Origin: Paraphysomonas bandaiensis
Taxonomy: Eukaryota; Protista; Chrysophyceae
Reading direction: 5' to 3'
Length of the DNA stretch: 64,000 bases
NCBI GenBank assembly: GCA_965644295.1
Contig: CBFFRP010000141.1
Location: 248,001-312,000 of the forward strand
Shown: positions 52,656 through 64,000 of the stretch, one piece after another
Layout: every line of letters begins with the position of its first letter
How positions within the stretch are numbered: position 1 is the first letter of the stretch
The notes under the pieces: model-generated
What the model was told of the DNA's origin: nothing
The model's input: only the letters and a program-made list of their open reading frames with translations
The model's database searches: none
Program-made: the position numbers and the translations under genes

Positions 52656-54042
52656 CTACAGTATATTGCATGCGGCAAGTCCTTTCGCGTAGCACCTGCG
52701 TAGCCGATTCTCCTTAATCCACCTGATTTCTCGTCTAGTGATAGGATCCCAAGTCCGAATTTCCTTGCGATTAAAGTTGAAGACAGCCCCAAAAAAATGT
52801 CGCCCGTCTGTTGTTTGGGGTAGATCATTTTCCGGGGATACGCCAAACCTATTGTCCAACCGTTCTAAGTTAGTACAATTCGATGCAATAAGCTGAAGTA
52901 AATGGCAGAGGACAATTAAGCACTTGTGCGAATACTCACAAGACAATCAACAAGCGTCTCATATCATCCGGTGGAAGTTTCTTTTTATCAATGAGACCCA
53001 TCTCTTCGAGCTGCACACCCCACTCTCGCAGCTGATGTAGAGGTAGGCCATATGTCAACCACGGGTTGTGTGTATACACCTCCCTTGCCTCACCGACAAA
53101 GTCGTCTAGGACATCCATCTCTAATTCTAATTCGTTATCAATATTATTCCAGTAGTTTACAACTTGCACATCATCCGTGCAAAGCTTGATCACTATCCAC
53201 ACTGGTAACTCCTGCGACAACAAAAACAAATATGAGCAGGAAAAGTGGACGAATCTGTTATTGCAGCGAAACAACTGGGCAGAAGTGACTGAAATAATAT
53301 CATTCAAATACTCATCCTCTTGTACCTGTAATGGACGCAAGGCAGTAATGATGTCACCATCGCTTGACTCGCCATCCGTGGCGATCACTACGACTGCTTT
53401 CTGGTCCTGCTGTCTCAAAGTAGGCTCCATATCTCGAATTTGTCCAGTTATTTCACGTATATGTCGACACAGTGGTGTAGCTCCACTCGGACTCTGAAAA
53501 ACAAATTTGTTATCAACCTGTAACATGAAAGGAGAAGGAATATACTTGGTCCAATAAGGCCCGGAACATTTTGTAATTTGCACCATTGTCGTTTTTCCTT
53601 CCGACAACTATAGGATGAGATCCATTGAGCAAGCGAAACTCTGTCGGCGCACCCAGTTTTTCAGCAAGTGTGGCATGGAATCGCAACGAATCCGCTAACT
53701 CAACCCATCTTGAGCATGGTACAGACCTCACCCTACCGTTAGGCGCTGTGATATTATGATGCCCATCCGAAGCTGCCATCGAGCCTGCAAAGGTGTTAGT
53801 TGTATGCATCCACTGAACACCAACCCACCAGAATCGTCAACCAGAATGAACCGTACAGGATACTTCATAGCACTTTTAATTGCAACACTTTGAAGTCCTT
53901 GTGGCCATTTGTTTTCTGTTAAGAATCTAGTGACCTCTGCATGACCGTTATCGCTGAAGGGAGGAGGGGGATAACGGCTCATTGCTATAGATGGATTGCT
54001 CTCTGGAGGGGGAGGCAAATGCCCCTGCTCACTGCCATGCAT
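52656..54042 (-). CDS. vWA-domain protein with C-terminal CaaX motif, multi-exon
   Basis: MIDAS-like ILVDDSG|SM, GATPL, VVIATDGE, DVLDD; spliced final exon LFGVSPEND...LAACNIL*. Confidence 0.78.
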
Positions 54043-55014
54043 AGTATATGTATATCCTACAAGATAAATGTGTATTGAGGTAGCTTTATATACTATACAG
54101 TTAATAGATGAGGATCACCTGTGCGCTATGTGTGTATCCTCTGCTCACTGCTGTACTGCAATACATACAGAGTATACCTCTATACCTGTATAGCGTATAG
54201 CTGTATTGAACTGCGTACATATATATATATAGGTATACGGTATACACGCATACAGTGTATGTAGGAATTCCAAGTCGTATTCTTTCTATATAAACTACAA
54301 CTACGACTACAGATTGGAATTCTATACAGAAATACACTGTACAGCATATGTATTCTGCAATAATACCATACGATAATACCCACAAGATATCCGTCCACTA
54401 TATATGGGCGGCTGTCCATCATATCATATCTTTGCATTGCATGCTACAATGTAACCATATCTGTGGATATCTGAAGATCACGAAGAGTATTATCGTGGAC
54501 AATATCAACATAGCCTGCCCTAATCTAGGGATTCAATCCATTTGAGTTACACAGTTGCGCTATGAGGTCAAGATCCAAGCACAAGTGAATCATGTTGAAT
54601 ATCATGATATCCGTGTTCTGATTTTGATTCCAATTAATCTAACCCGGAGTCAGTCCTTGCAATGCTAATAAAATATTACAAGAGATCTATCGCACCAAGA
54701 CGAGTGCATATTTCTGCACGACTATTAATGTTGATATTGTAGTAGGTAGTAGGACTAGTTACTTTTTGTTTAACGGCCCTATTCCTACATATTCTTCTAG
54801 TAGGAACGCTTACACAACAGTGTAACGACTAATTTCATTGAATGTTGCTTCCAATTTATGACTAGCTGCTTGAATTCATACTTGACTAGAAAAGATAGTT
54901 TTTGAAAGGAAATCACACTTTGAATTGTACTTAATGTCATTTATATATGTACCACACCCCATGAATTCTATCGTACAAGGCGAATAGTAAAACGATTTGC
55001 ACGAATAAATTTTA

Positions 55015-56293
55015 TTATACATCACTGTTAGCCTCGTAAAAATGATCTTGAAACAACTGTATATCCGGGGCTAACTGCTTTCTTGATGCGCCCGTCGAAC
55101 CCTGGTGATAAACTATGCAGCTCATGTCCATTCCAAAAAGCTGCTCAGCTTTTATCTGATCATCGTTCATTATCGTTAAGTCGAAGCGGCAGTTTCCTTC
55201 ACGACAGAGAAATTCGTGAAGGGATTGAGTGTAGTGCCTGGAAGGTGAACACACGAGTATTTCTCTCCTGCGTTGCGGGTGATGAACAAACGACATTACC
55301 ACCATGCTATCCATACTGAAGTCACGAATCATGTTTCTTATCGCATCGCCGACCCCTTCCTTGTTCAGGAAGGCGGACACGGGCTGCAATACCGAAGATA
55401 TTCCTACACAACCTTGCCCAAGTTGTCGTCCCTCCTCTTCGCTATGACAGTTTCCGCTGAAGAGCTTGAAATCCATTCGGAGAGCATCCGAAGCGCTAAG
55501 TTCTCTCCAAAACACTGGATCCAGTTTGGCACCTCGCAATTTCTCGAAGAGATCATCACGGGAGTGGGGAGAAATCTCAGAAAGAGCACACAAAATACGA
55601 GAGTCACGCTCTGTTCCAATTCCGGCCACGGGGTCCATATTTATAGTACTTAGGACATGAGTAAAGGTTAGCAGGTAATAGATATATACTACAAACTTAC
55701 TCAAGAGTAATAACTCCCATTAGAAGCGTTGCAATATCTTGAGTCAGCAGGTCACTTGATTGCACATTCTCCATCACTTTATAGTACTCCTCTGCAACTA
55801 AAGTGCATGTTGATCCTGATGAAGCTTTTTGAGTTGAAGCATCGAAGGCAATATTGCGACACTCTGAGGGTATCCATGAGTAATGTCCCTTGTCAATGTG
55901 ATGATCAATAATTTCCACCACATTAGCACCATATTTCGCATGTAAATGGGGAGGCAAGTCGTTATGATCAGCAAGCGTCAACGCCAGGAGGCCTCTCTGA
56001 GATAATTCTTCCAGTGGGCACTCCTCAAGGCAGATAATTTCAGCGAGTGATAAATTCACTGTTTGAAGAAGAATCTGCACCTCCCGACGAAAGTGCACAT
56101 CAGAGCGCAGTATGGATGCAGCAGGTACATATGCTATATTCGAATTAGTGGATTTACATGACATTAAATATGCATAGCAGAGAGATGAGATAATGGAGTC
56201 AGCATCGCATGCTTGATTCCCCATGACGATGTTGACTTTAACATCGCCCACATTTCTTAATATAGATTTACAAGATTGCAAATATTTTAACAT
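55015..56293 (-). CDS. Exopolyphosphatase PRUNE-like (DHH/DHHA2) protein, 2 exons
   Basis: GNQACDADS, LADHN, IIDHH, GSTCTLVAE, GVITL|DTINM, LRMDFK, ASRKQLAP. Confidence 0.9.
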
Positions 56294-56831
56294 TATTTCA
56301 TTAATCACTTATACACATATCACTATTAACAATCCATATCAATTCTAATAAGACATTAAAGTAGTGTTGTGTTGCTGGAGATGCATCCATATCATGCCAT
56401 ATCATGATAGGCGATCATACCACAGCAGTGTCCACAGCAATACTGCTGCTGCTGTCTAGTATTATCTAGCTCCATCCGTTAGGTTTACACCGGGGATGTG
56501 GCCCGGATAGACATCCGTTAACACCCGTCTCTATGTATGTTGTACTGCTGTGTGTACGTATGTACACACACTGCTATGATATGACAGTTAGGTACGACAT
56601 ACTCTGTATGACTGGGGCGTATACTCTGCTCAACACACATACACATATATATACACTAGCATTGATGGATCTTACATGCAAAGATCTGTATATGTATATG
56701 TTAGTATAAACTATCAGCCATCTATTCACTCCTAACACAATATTTATAATCACCCTGACAATCTCTATTATGTTTTTCATTCTGATTTCCATCTATCAAC
56801 TGATGATATAAACTCTACTTTCACAGTCCCA

Positions 56832-57891
56832 ATGGATTTTTTCTTTGTTATTGGTATCACTGGTATTGGTATATATGCAACATTATTTCTATACTGTGTA
56901 TTTCAAATTGCACTATTTATTCGCGCTATAAACAAGGACTATCAGTTCTTGATTCATAAACTTTCCTTTCATGTCATGTATGGTGTGTACTCCCTATTGG
57001 AATGCTTATACTTTGTGAGCCTTTTTGTATACGATTACTACGTTCGATGGGGTACAGCGATTCATTTAATGGCTTTATACTGGAACTTGTTAGCATTTGT
57101 GACGGTATTTGTCTTAGAAATGTGTATCCACTGTTTCATTCGTGAATGTTTAGATAATAATGCTATGGAGTGTCACAACATATCACGGAAGAATATCAAA
57201 AACCCAACGATATGTGGGACGCATATTTTTGGGATTCAATTTAGTATCAACAATTGCGGATATTATTTTATGGTGTATGTATTCTGAAATTTGATTGCTT
57301 TATATCAATATTGTTTGGCTAGGTATTACTCTTGATGAGAATAATTCGCTGAATCCCTTACGATCGACTTTGACTCTAATTTACGTTTTTTCGCTACTAA
57401 TGTTATCATTGGGGTTGTACGTTCATGGTTACCGTCTGAAGTTGAAGTTGAGGCTCTCTATACCTCGCGGAAGCCCCGACGCGGCGACCATTAAAGCCAA
57501 GATGGAAGCAGTATATCAGCGAATAAATGCTGTTTTGATTGTGTGCATATTGTGCTATGGTCTGCGAGCTATTCTTATACTAGTTCTAGTGTGCGACCGT
57601 GCAGCTCTGTATGATATTCCCCTGTTGGTGTGGTTTGTTCTGACCGCATTTATCCCCACAATCGGCCCGGTATGTGGTACGATCTTATGCTATGAAATTC
57701 CTAATTGCTGTTTTCAGGGAATCACATTTCTCTATATTATGCGCTATCAGCCCGAGCATTGTAGTCCCAGTAGTAACGAAGACAGTGTTGATGTCATAAA
57801 ATCTCCTTTGGGTCAGGCCGAGGAAGGGTCTGAAACGATTCCGTCTATTGTAGTTATGGGAGACATGCACAGCAATAGCAGCCCCAGCTAA
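56832..57891 (+). CDS. Multi-pass (about 7 TM) membrane protein, THH1/TOM1- or GPCR-like; multi-exon
   Basis: Series of hydrophobic helices joined by three short GT-AG introns, followed by a polar C-terminal tail; family assignment tentative. Confidence 0.65.
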
Positions 57892-58439
57892 CTCTGACGG
57901 ATTAGGTGTTCATAGCATTCATTTTGTTATCGATGAAAGAACTACACATATTATTTAGTATATTAAAGTATCTTTGTTTTTCGTTGATGATAACACCAAT
58001 TCAGCAACAATGAACAAATATATCGCATCATTTTTGTAGCTCGCAACTGTCGGAGCATTCATTATCCACAGTGCATATGTGCATATTATTAAATCCTGTT
58101 TACTTTCTCCATAGTGGAATGAGTTGGCGTACTGAATTTCTATGCTTACGTGTTTAGTAAAAGTAGTTTAAGTTTTAAGTAACATGTGTTGGCGTAGTTT
58201 CTGTTCATTTTCGTCTGGTGGCGGTGGTACCAGATTAAAAGCACATTGAAATAGTGAGCTAATCCGCTTGGCACATTACTTACTTTCAGCATATCAAGTT
58301 GTTGTAAATAATTTAAAATTGTTATTTAGAGATTCTATTATGATGGCAATACTTATTCTTTTAGATAATGGTCATTATTGAACTAGATCTCAGAGAGAAA
58401 TTGTAGCTAGACTAGATAGATTAATTAATCTCGTTTACA

Positions 58440-59560
58440 CGAATTATAACAAACAACTACTACTAAACCGAGAGAATAACCCCACTGCTTAGGCCAGATC
58501 AGGTCTCGTATGTATTGCCAGATGCAATACTGCTCCAATAATTCGCCTATACTGAAGTGATTCGACCCACTGCGTCTGCTCCTCCGTGAGCTCACGTTCC
58601 TCTGCCAATAGATCCTTGTTCTTACACTACCCTTTCCCATAACTGAGCTGAATTTCTTAATAATATTCTTTGCATACTCGGATTGGTCCAACATATACCT
58701 GCTGTCGCCTCTGGTTATCCTGATATTCAGAAACCGCTGACACTCACCCAGATCATGCATTTCAAGGTTTTCACTGAACCTACGCTTAACACTTTCCAAG
58801 TAGTTAAGGTTAAGGTCAGCAGATGCAAGTATAATATCATCCACATATTATATATTTACAATAAATGCAGCTTTCCATTACTCCATCTCATATACAAACA
58901 TGTGTTCAAGATACATGCAGTGAAATGCATTTATCGATGTGTTTGTTCCACTGCCTTGGTAAAGACCTCAATCAATATACATATATTATATATATTACAA
59001 TATTTGCCAAAATATCTCGCTTCACTGGGTGCACATTTTGGAAAGGTTATATTCGGCGGAAGCAGTTGCAGCGTAAGTGCAAAGGCATCTGTATTGATTT
59101 TTTTCAGTTGATAAAGGCACTATAAGGATTGAGGTCTTTACCAAGGCAGTGGAACAAACACATTGATAAATTTATCAAATCGTTGCATTTCACTGCATGT
59201 ATCTTGGACACATGTATATTATGTATACATAATAGATTCAGTGAGAGTGAGTTCGATTTACATGTGTTCAGTAATTCAGACTGGGCTGGTGATAGGATGC
59301 CTCGGCGGTCCACAACGGGATACATTTTATTTTTATGTGCAAGGTGATACTGGTGTGGCTTGAGGGGGTGTCCAAGGATCCCGGACTCCTAGTAGCGAAG
59401 TTGACACCATTCTTTATGAACAGCAAGAGTGCAAGGATCTCTCCGAGAGTCCTGTCCATCAATAGAGGTAGAAGTACATTAACATCAAGTATCACTGGGT
59501 GAGAGAGCTAGTTAATGGAAAATTTCCTACATCATAGTTGATTCATGTGTCCTCGCTGAA
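58440..59560. pseudogene. Degenerate, rearranged copia pol remnant (RT on the - strand; RT start and RNase H on the + strand)
   Basis: Minus strand: YVDDIIL..MHDLGE..FLNIRI..LDQSEYA..HTRPDLA. Plus strand: KAL*GLRSLPRQWN, HVFSNSDWAGDRMPRRSTTGYI, HINIKYHWVRELV. Contains stops and frameshifts. Confidence 0.85.
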
Positions 59561-59780
59561 GCGATAGATTAGAATATAATCCGTATTCTAATACATTCAC
59601 GTCTCAGTCAGCACCGACTATTGATTACAATACACTACAATTTTATTGTACTGTACGTCAGCACTGTGTCAACACATATACAGTGTTAATAGAACTTCAA
59701 ACTAGGCAAAATACGTCCTGCAAGAATGCAATACAATTATAGGGTTTCCTAACTCAAGCGTATACAACATACATAATATA

Positions 59781-60877
59781 TTACTCAGGTGGTATAATGT
59801 CAGATAACAACAATTGAACATTCGAAAGAGCGATAATTCGTTTCAAATCATCGACACTCTCTAAGTATTCTACAAATTTTGACAGCCAGTATCTGACAAA
59901 ACTACAGTCAACATCACACATATCGCTCCCGTCATTAGCTCTTGCTCTACATACTATCTCCGACTTCATAGACGAAATCAGTTTAGAAATCCGTTTCTTC
60001 TCTCCTTTTTCAGTGTAGAAAAAGCCTGACTCTTGTAATACCGCAGAAACGATCTAATAAAAGTAAATTAGAGTATTAAAGTGAGAGCGTAACACATACT
60101 TGTCGTAATTTAATATCTAACGTGTGCATGTAGTTGTCATGATTAGCGCTGTGGCTCTGACTTTCTAACCGTGCTTCAAGCACTTGCTGGCGCTCCACCG
60201 CTTTAGAGCACGCAAAATCAGCTTTCTCTATAATATTATTCACATGTTCATGCAAGCTGTACAAACATTAAAAGTATCGCAGTAGAGTAGAAAAGTACCT
60301 ATCCAGCGACATATCTCCACTGATGCGCACATTATCGGATTCCCATCCAACATCACTTGGCGGTTCAAACTTTGACCAAATATTGCGCATAGACTACAAG
60401 GATAATGCGTTAGTGCTCCAAAGTTCATAAAATAGTAGTACCTCATCGGTAACACGCGATGCACCTGCCCGCTCAGCATTCCGTGCACACACAACATCAA
60501 ACGTTGAGTCGATGTACACAGTTAGATACCCCGCCATATGATCTCGTGCTAACTGATATATTTTACGGCGCATACTCCTGTAAAACATAATATCGTCTAT
60601 AACGATAATATCCGCATGACATGCATTCAAAGCTGATGAGATTCGTTCAATACCAGCCCTTCGAGATAATGCAAAAGATTCTTCATTCCAGGAATCTAAC
60701 ATGACATGAATATACAGTATATATATCTTTTATATGAAGCATACCTCTATCTATCTCATAATCATCGAATGATATGACTTGTACTGTACGAGGAGATAAG
60801 GACAGAGCATGGGATAGGGTAGACTTTCCTGAGCCAGGAACACCGCATATGACAATTACACAACAGTTACAAGGCAT
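59781..60877 (-). CDS. PSTK: L-seryl-tRNA(Sec) kinase-like P-loop kinase, 5 exons
   Basis: VICGVPGSGKST P-loop, ISFDD, IVIDDIMFYRSMRRKIYQLAR (PSTK-type motif), RNAER, KFEPP..WE, HTLDIKLRQ|IV C-terminal helical domain. Confidence 0.8.
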
Positions 60878-60995
60878 ATGAATAGAATAAAAGATGAGAG
60901 AAAAGTATTCACGGCATGTTAATGTGTCTATCTATCAGTGTTGAGGGTTGTATCTATGTGTTATTATATGCATATCATACCATTGCATTCATATA

Positions 60996-62421
60996 CAGTC
61001 AGTTCTCGATATCGTCAATGAGGTATGGTAAAAATGTCCGTTATGGGAAAAGAAATAGGCTTGGTACAGGGTTTTTAAGATAAAACCCCCGATTTTATAT
61101 AAAACTACAGTTTTTTAATAAAAATCCCTTATTTTGCGTGATTTTTGTAAAAGTGATTATAGAAGTTAGCAATATATTGGATACTGTATATGTGCAGAGA
61201 GTATGCAACAGAGAGAGTATCATGAACACATTCATAATATATACTCACATTGTTGTACGTAACGATGTCAGTTGAATGCAGCATCGGTACCAAGCGCAAG
61301 AAATCTTTGAGTACTTTCTCGGATGTGCAGAAATGTAACTTCGTGAAAGAATATAAAGAGGGTCATTTCAAAACCCTCAACCAATTCGTTGCATACAAGA
61401 AGAACATATTCAGCTGTTCAGCATTATGCAAATGGATTAAAGCCAGTGATAATGGGACATTGAAGATTGAAACTTGCACAGGCCGCAAGAAGCAACGGAA
61501 GGGTTTATTTCCTGAGGTGGAGAAGAAAATTGTTGACTACATTAAATTTCAACCTAATGTCAACTCTGTGTATCAAAGTTAGGGAGCTTTCCGCTGTGCC
61601 TGATATAGTTTCAGGAATTACTGAGATGAGTTCGTTTACTGCCGAACAGCGAGCAAGCGCAGTGGAATTATGGTGTAATGTGGAAAATGATCCATTGGTT
61701 GTCGAAACTGAAATTGAGGAAGCCATGGAGCGATTCGAATCTTTTTCTATTTCTCCGCAAATACCGATGGTGGATGATCATTGTCAAACTGATACAAATA
61801 TTGACCCTGCAACTTCATCTAAGGTAACTTTGAATCAATTCAATGATGCCATGCGTGTTGTATATGACTTTACTATGGGAAGTAGTGATGAGGATGCTGA
61901 TGCTTTGCACTACACGTTTGTTAAGGCCGCTTCTGAAGTTACTAAACGTTACTTAGAGAAGCGCAAAAGGTCTTCGTCACAACGAACAATACAGCACTTT
62001 TTCTCGGTGCAGAGATCTAATTCTACACTATAGCAGCGTTATGTAGTAACTATGTTATACAGCTGTCCTGTGTCGTTAAGACAACGTATTTTTATCATGT
62101 AATAACAAGGCTTTCCACATAATTAATCTGTAGTGCCGTAATAGAAAGTTTTTCAGCCTTAAACACAGTATCCTGCTAAATTCAATTGTGATATATAGAA
62201 TTTTTACCATAGACTTAGGGTTTTTTAGTATAAAACCGTGGTTTTAATATCCAAAAACTGAGTTTTATGCAAAATATCTGAATTTTTAAACAAAAACTGG
62301 CTTTTTATAAATAAACCTGTTTTTTTAAAATAAAACCCGGGGTTTTTTTATGGGAAAAATATCCGTTATTGGAAATTGTAACCCTATGGTACAATCCATT
62401 GACGATATCGAGAACTGACTG
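60996..62421 (+). mobile_element. pogo/Tigger-like (Tc1/mariner superfamily) DNA transposon, internally deleted
   Basis: Perfect 25-bp TIRs CAGTCAGTTCTCGATATCGTCAATG / CATTGACGATATCGAGAACTGACTG with TA on both flanks. ORF 61265-61582 carries the HTH/CENP-B-type start (RKKQRKGLFPEVEKKIVDYI); ORF to 62033 ends QRTIQHFF; no DDE domain visible. Confidence 0.9.
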
Positions 62422-62963
62422 TACTATCATCCCGTATATACAGTATACATATGTACACAGCAGTACACGCGTATTGGCATCCTTTGTGTATTTTTGTTCC
62501 AAGAAGCCTCTAATATTGAGGCAACAATTATCTGTATTATAGACGTAGTTATATAGCATTAATATAGAGGAGTTTTGATTCAATTTATTTCCGAAAAATG
62601 TGATGCTGACTGCCCATACGCGGTATAGCATATAGACATATAGACATATATATGTACAATGTACAGCAGTAGTACACCATATAGGGCAGTACTACTATGT
62701 ATTCTCCTATACGTAGTGTGTGTATGTATATAGATGGAGATGTGAGCTATTATATGATTGGTTCTCGCGGAAGGGTGTGTGTCCCACAGGCGTCCTGCTG
62801 TATACATGACACCAACACAACTATCTATATGTACATGTACATACATGCATTACAATCTCTGAACTACAAAGTAATCAGAACATTCTCATATAGACAATTA
62901 CTATTCTCACCTAAACTCTTCTACTCCCTCATTCTGTCCATTAGATAGCCTCTAACAGAGAAT

Positions 62964-64000
62964 ATGTCTGTGTCGTCACGCAGTGTTGATTGTTATGCAA
63001 CAAAAGATTTGAATTCATGTGATTTTTTCGAAAAGTATGTGTTTACTAGACAGCCTGTGAAGTTCATTGGTCACATTACTGACCCCAATTGGAAAGCAGA
63101 ACAATGGTCGAATGAGTATTTACAACAAAAAGTTGGTGATGCCACTGTTAAAGTAGAATACAGAGATGGTACTCACGATAGATTTGGAAAAGGAACGGAA
63201 AAAATAATGAGATTTGGTGATGTTATCGATTCTATCAAATCTGGAGATGAAAACTTGTATTTAACCACACAGAAGCTTAATTATACTATCGAAGGTCAGC
63301 CTTTTGTTCTGTCGCAGCCAATGCTAGGTCTCAGAGAAGATATACCGATAAGGCCTACGCTTATGGGCAATCTCATCACGCAGAATATCAACATGTGGAT
63401 GGGTAGTACTTCCATTCCAACAACTTCTGGGCTTCACCATGACTTTCATGATAACTTGTATATAATTCTCCGAGGAACTAAAACGCTGACCTTATTTCCA
63501 CCAACAGAGTACAAGAATCTATACCTTGTTGGCGATGTACTACGTTTGCATGACAACGGGCGCATAAACTACACTGGACAGCCTACGCGAGCTGATGGGT
63601 CGTGCATTGGCTCTGACGAGGCCATGCAAGCTGCAAAGCGTCTGGCAGAGGCCGAGAGGCGGTTAGAGAATGAGGTATTTGATATACATATAGCTGCGTG
63701 GTAGCTGACTATGTGCAGGAGTCTGGTGCTGAGAGTGATGTTGAGGAAGCCCTTCAAGCTCTGTTGGATGCACAGACTGCAGAGAATGAAGACGATGGGC
63801 TGTGCTCGGATGATGAAGATAGTGCTGAGGAGGATGGTTTTAGTGAGTCAGAGGATGGTGACGAACAAGCGTGTAAACGTCGGCGTCGAATGTCAGGGAG
63901 CGAGAAGGATGAAGAAGAAGAAGAGGAAGCCCTCTCCTTGGATGACCCTCCAAATTTCAGTCGGGTTGATACTTCTCTTGACGCTGACGAACTTAATCGG
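62964..64000 (+). CDS. JmjC (cupin-like) 2-oxoglutarate/Fe oxygenase, 3'-partial
   Basis: FFEKYVFTRQPV, YLTTQ, NINMWMG, TSGLHHDFHDNLYIILRGTKTLTLFPP (HxD motif), intron near 63674-63718, acidic insert, PPNFSRV. Confidence 0.9.

Noticed and set aside
59361-59380. TGAGGGGG-TGTCC resembling a PPT plus TG LTR start
   Set aside because: It reads in frame as degenerate RNase H (VWLEGVSKDPG...TPFFMNSKSA) and RNase H homology continues beyond it.
1-64000. Variant genetic code or non-canonical introns
   Set aside because: TAA, TAG and TGA all terminate recognisable genes, and every intron I traced is GT-AG.

Overview
Gene-dense eukaryotic nuclear DNA, most likely from a stramenopile protist (inferred from a mitochondrion-targeted PGAM, a TxH-type MAPK and short GT-AG introns of about 45-165 nt; I cannot name the taxon). 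By splicing the ORF track by hand I can reconstruct about 20 protein genes: a WW/ankyrin protein, a Kelch protein, a sulfatase, RPL23, a PH-RCC1-FYVE protein, a PI-PLC-X protein, an atypical MAPK, a UBX protein, an EF-hand protein, PGAM, a giant C2/PH/DysF/Sec6-like protein, a CDK20-like kinase, an SMP-30 lactonase, a vWA protein, PRUNE, a multi-pass membrane protein, PSTK, a JmjC protein and two orphans. There are three tRNA genes (Ser-AGA twice, intron-containing Tyr-GTA). Mobile DNA includes two copia remnants, a Tourist-like MITE, a 98-bp MITE, an internally deleted pogo element and an 80-bp insertion with a 14-bp TSD. The best candidates for new biology are: (1) all three long (TACA)n/(TATG)n tracts lie at head-to-head gene junctions, within a general purine-pyrimidine-alternating upstream composition; (2) the giant multi-C2/DysF/Sec6-like trafficking protein; (3) an orphan helical protein with an N-myristoylation motif, a hydrophobic hairpin and a CaaX box; (4) a copia LTR with TA...TA ends. 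No CRISPR, rRNA or variant genetic code is evident. All family calls are from motif recognition, not database searches.
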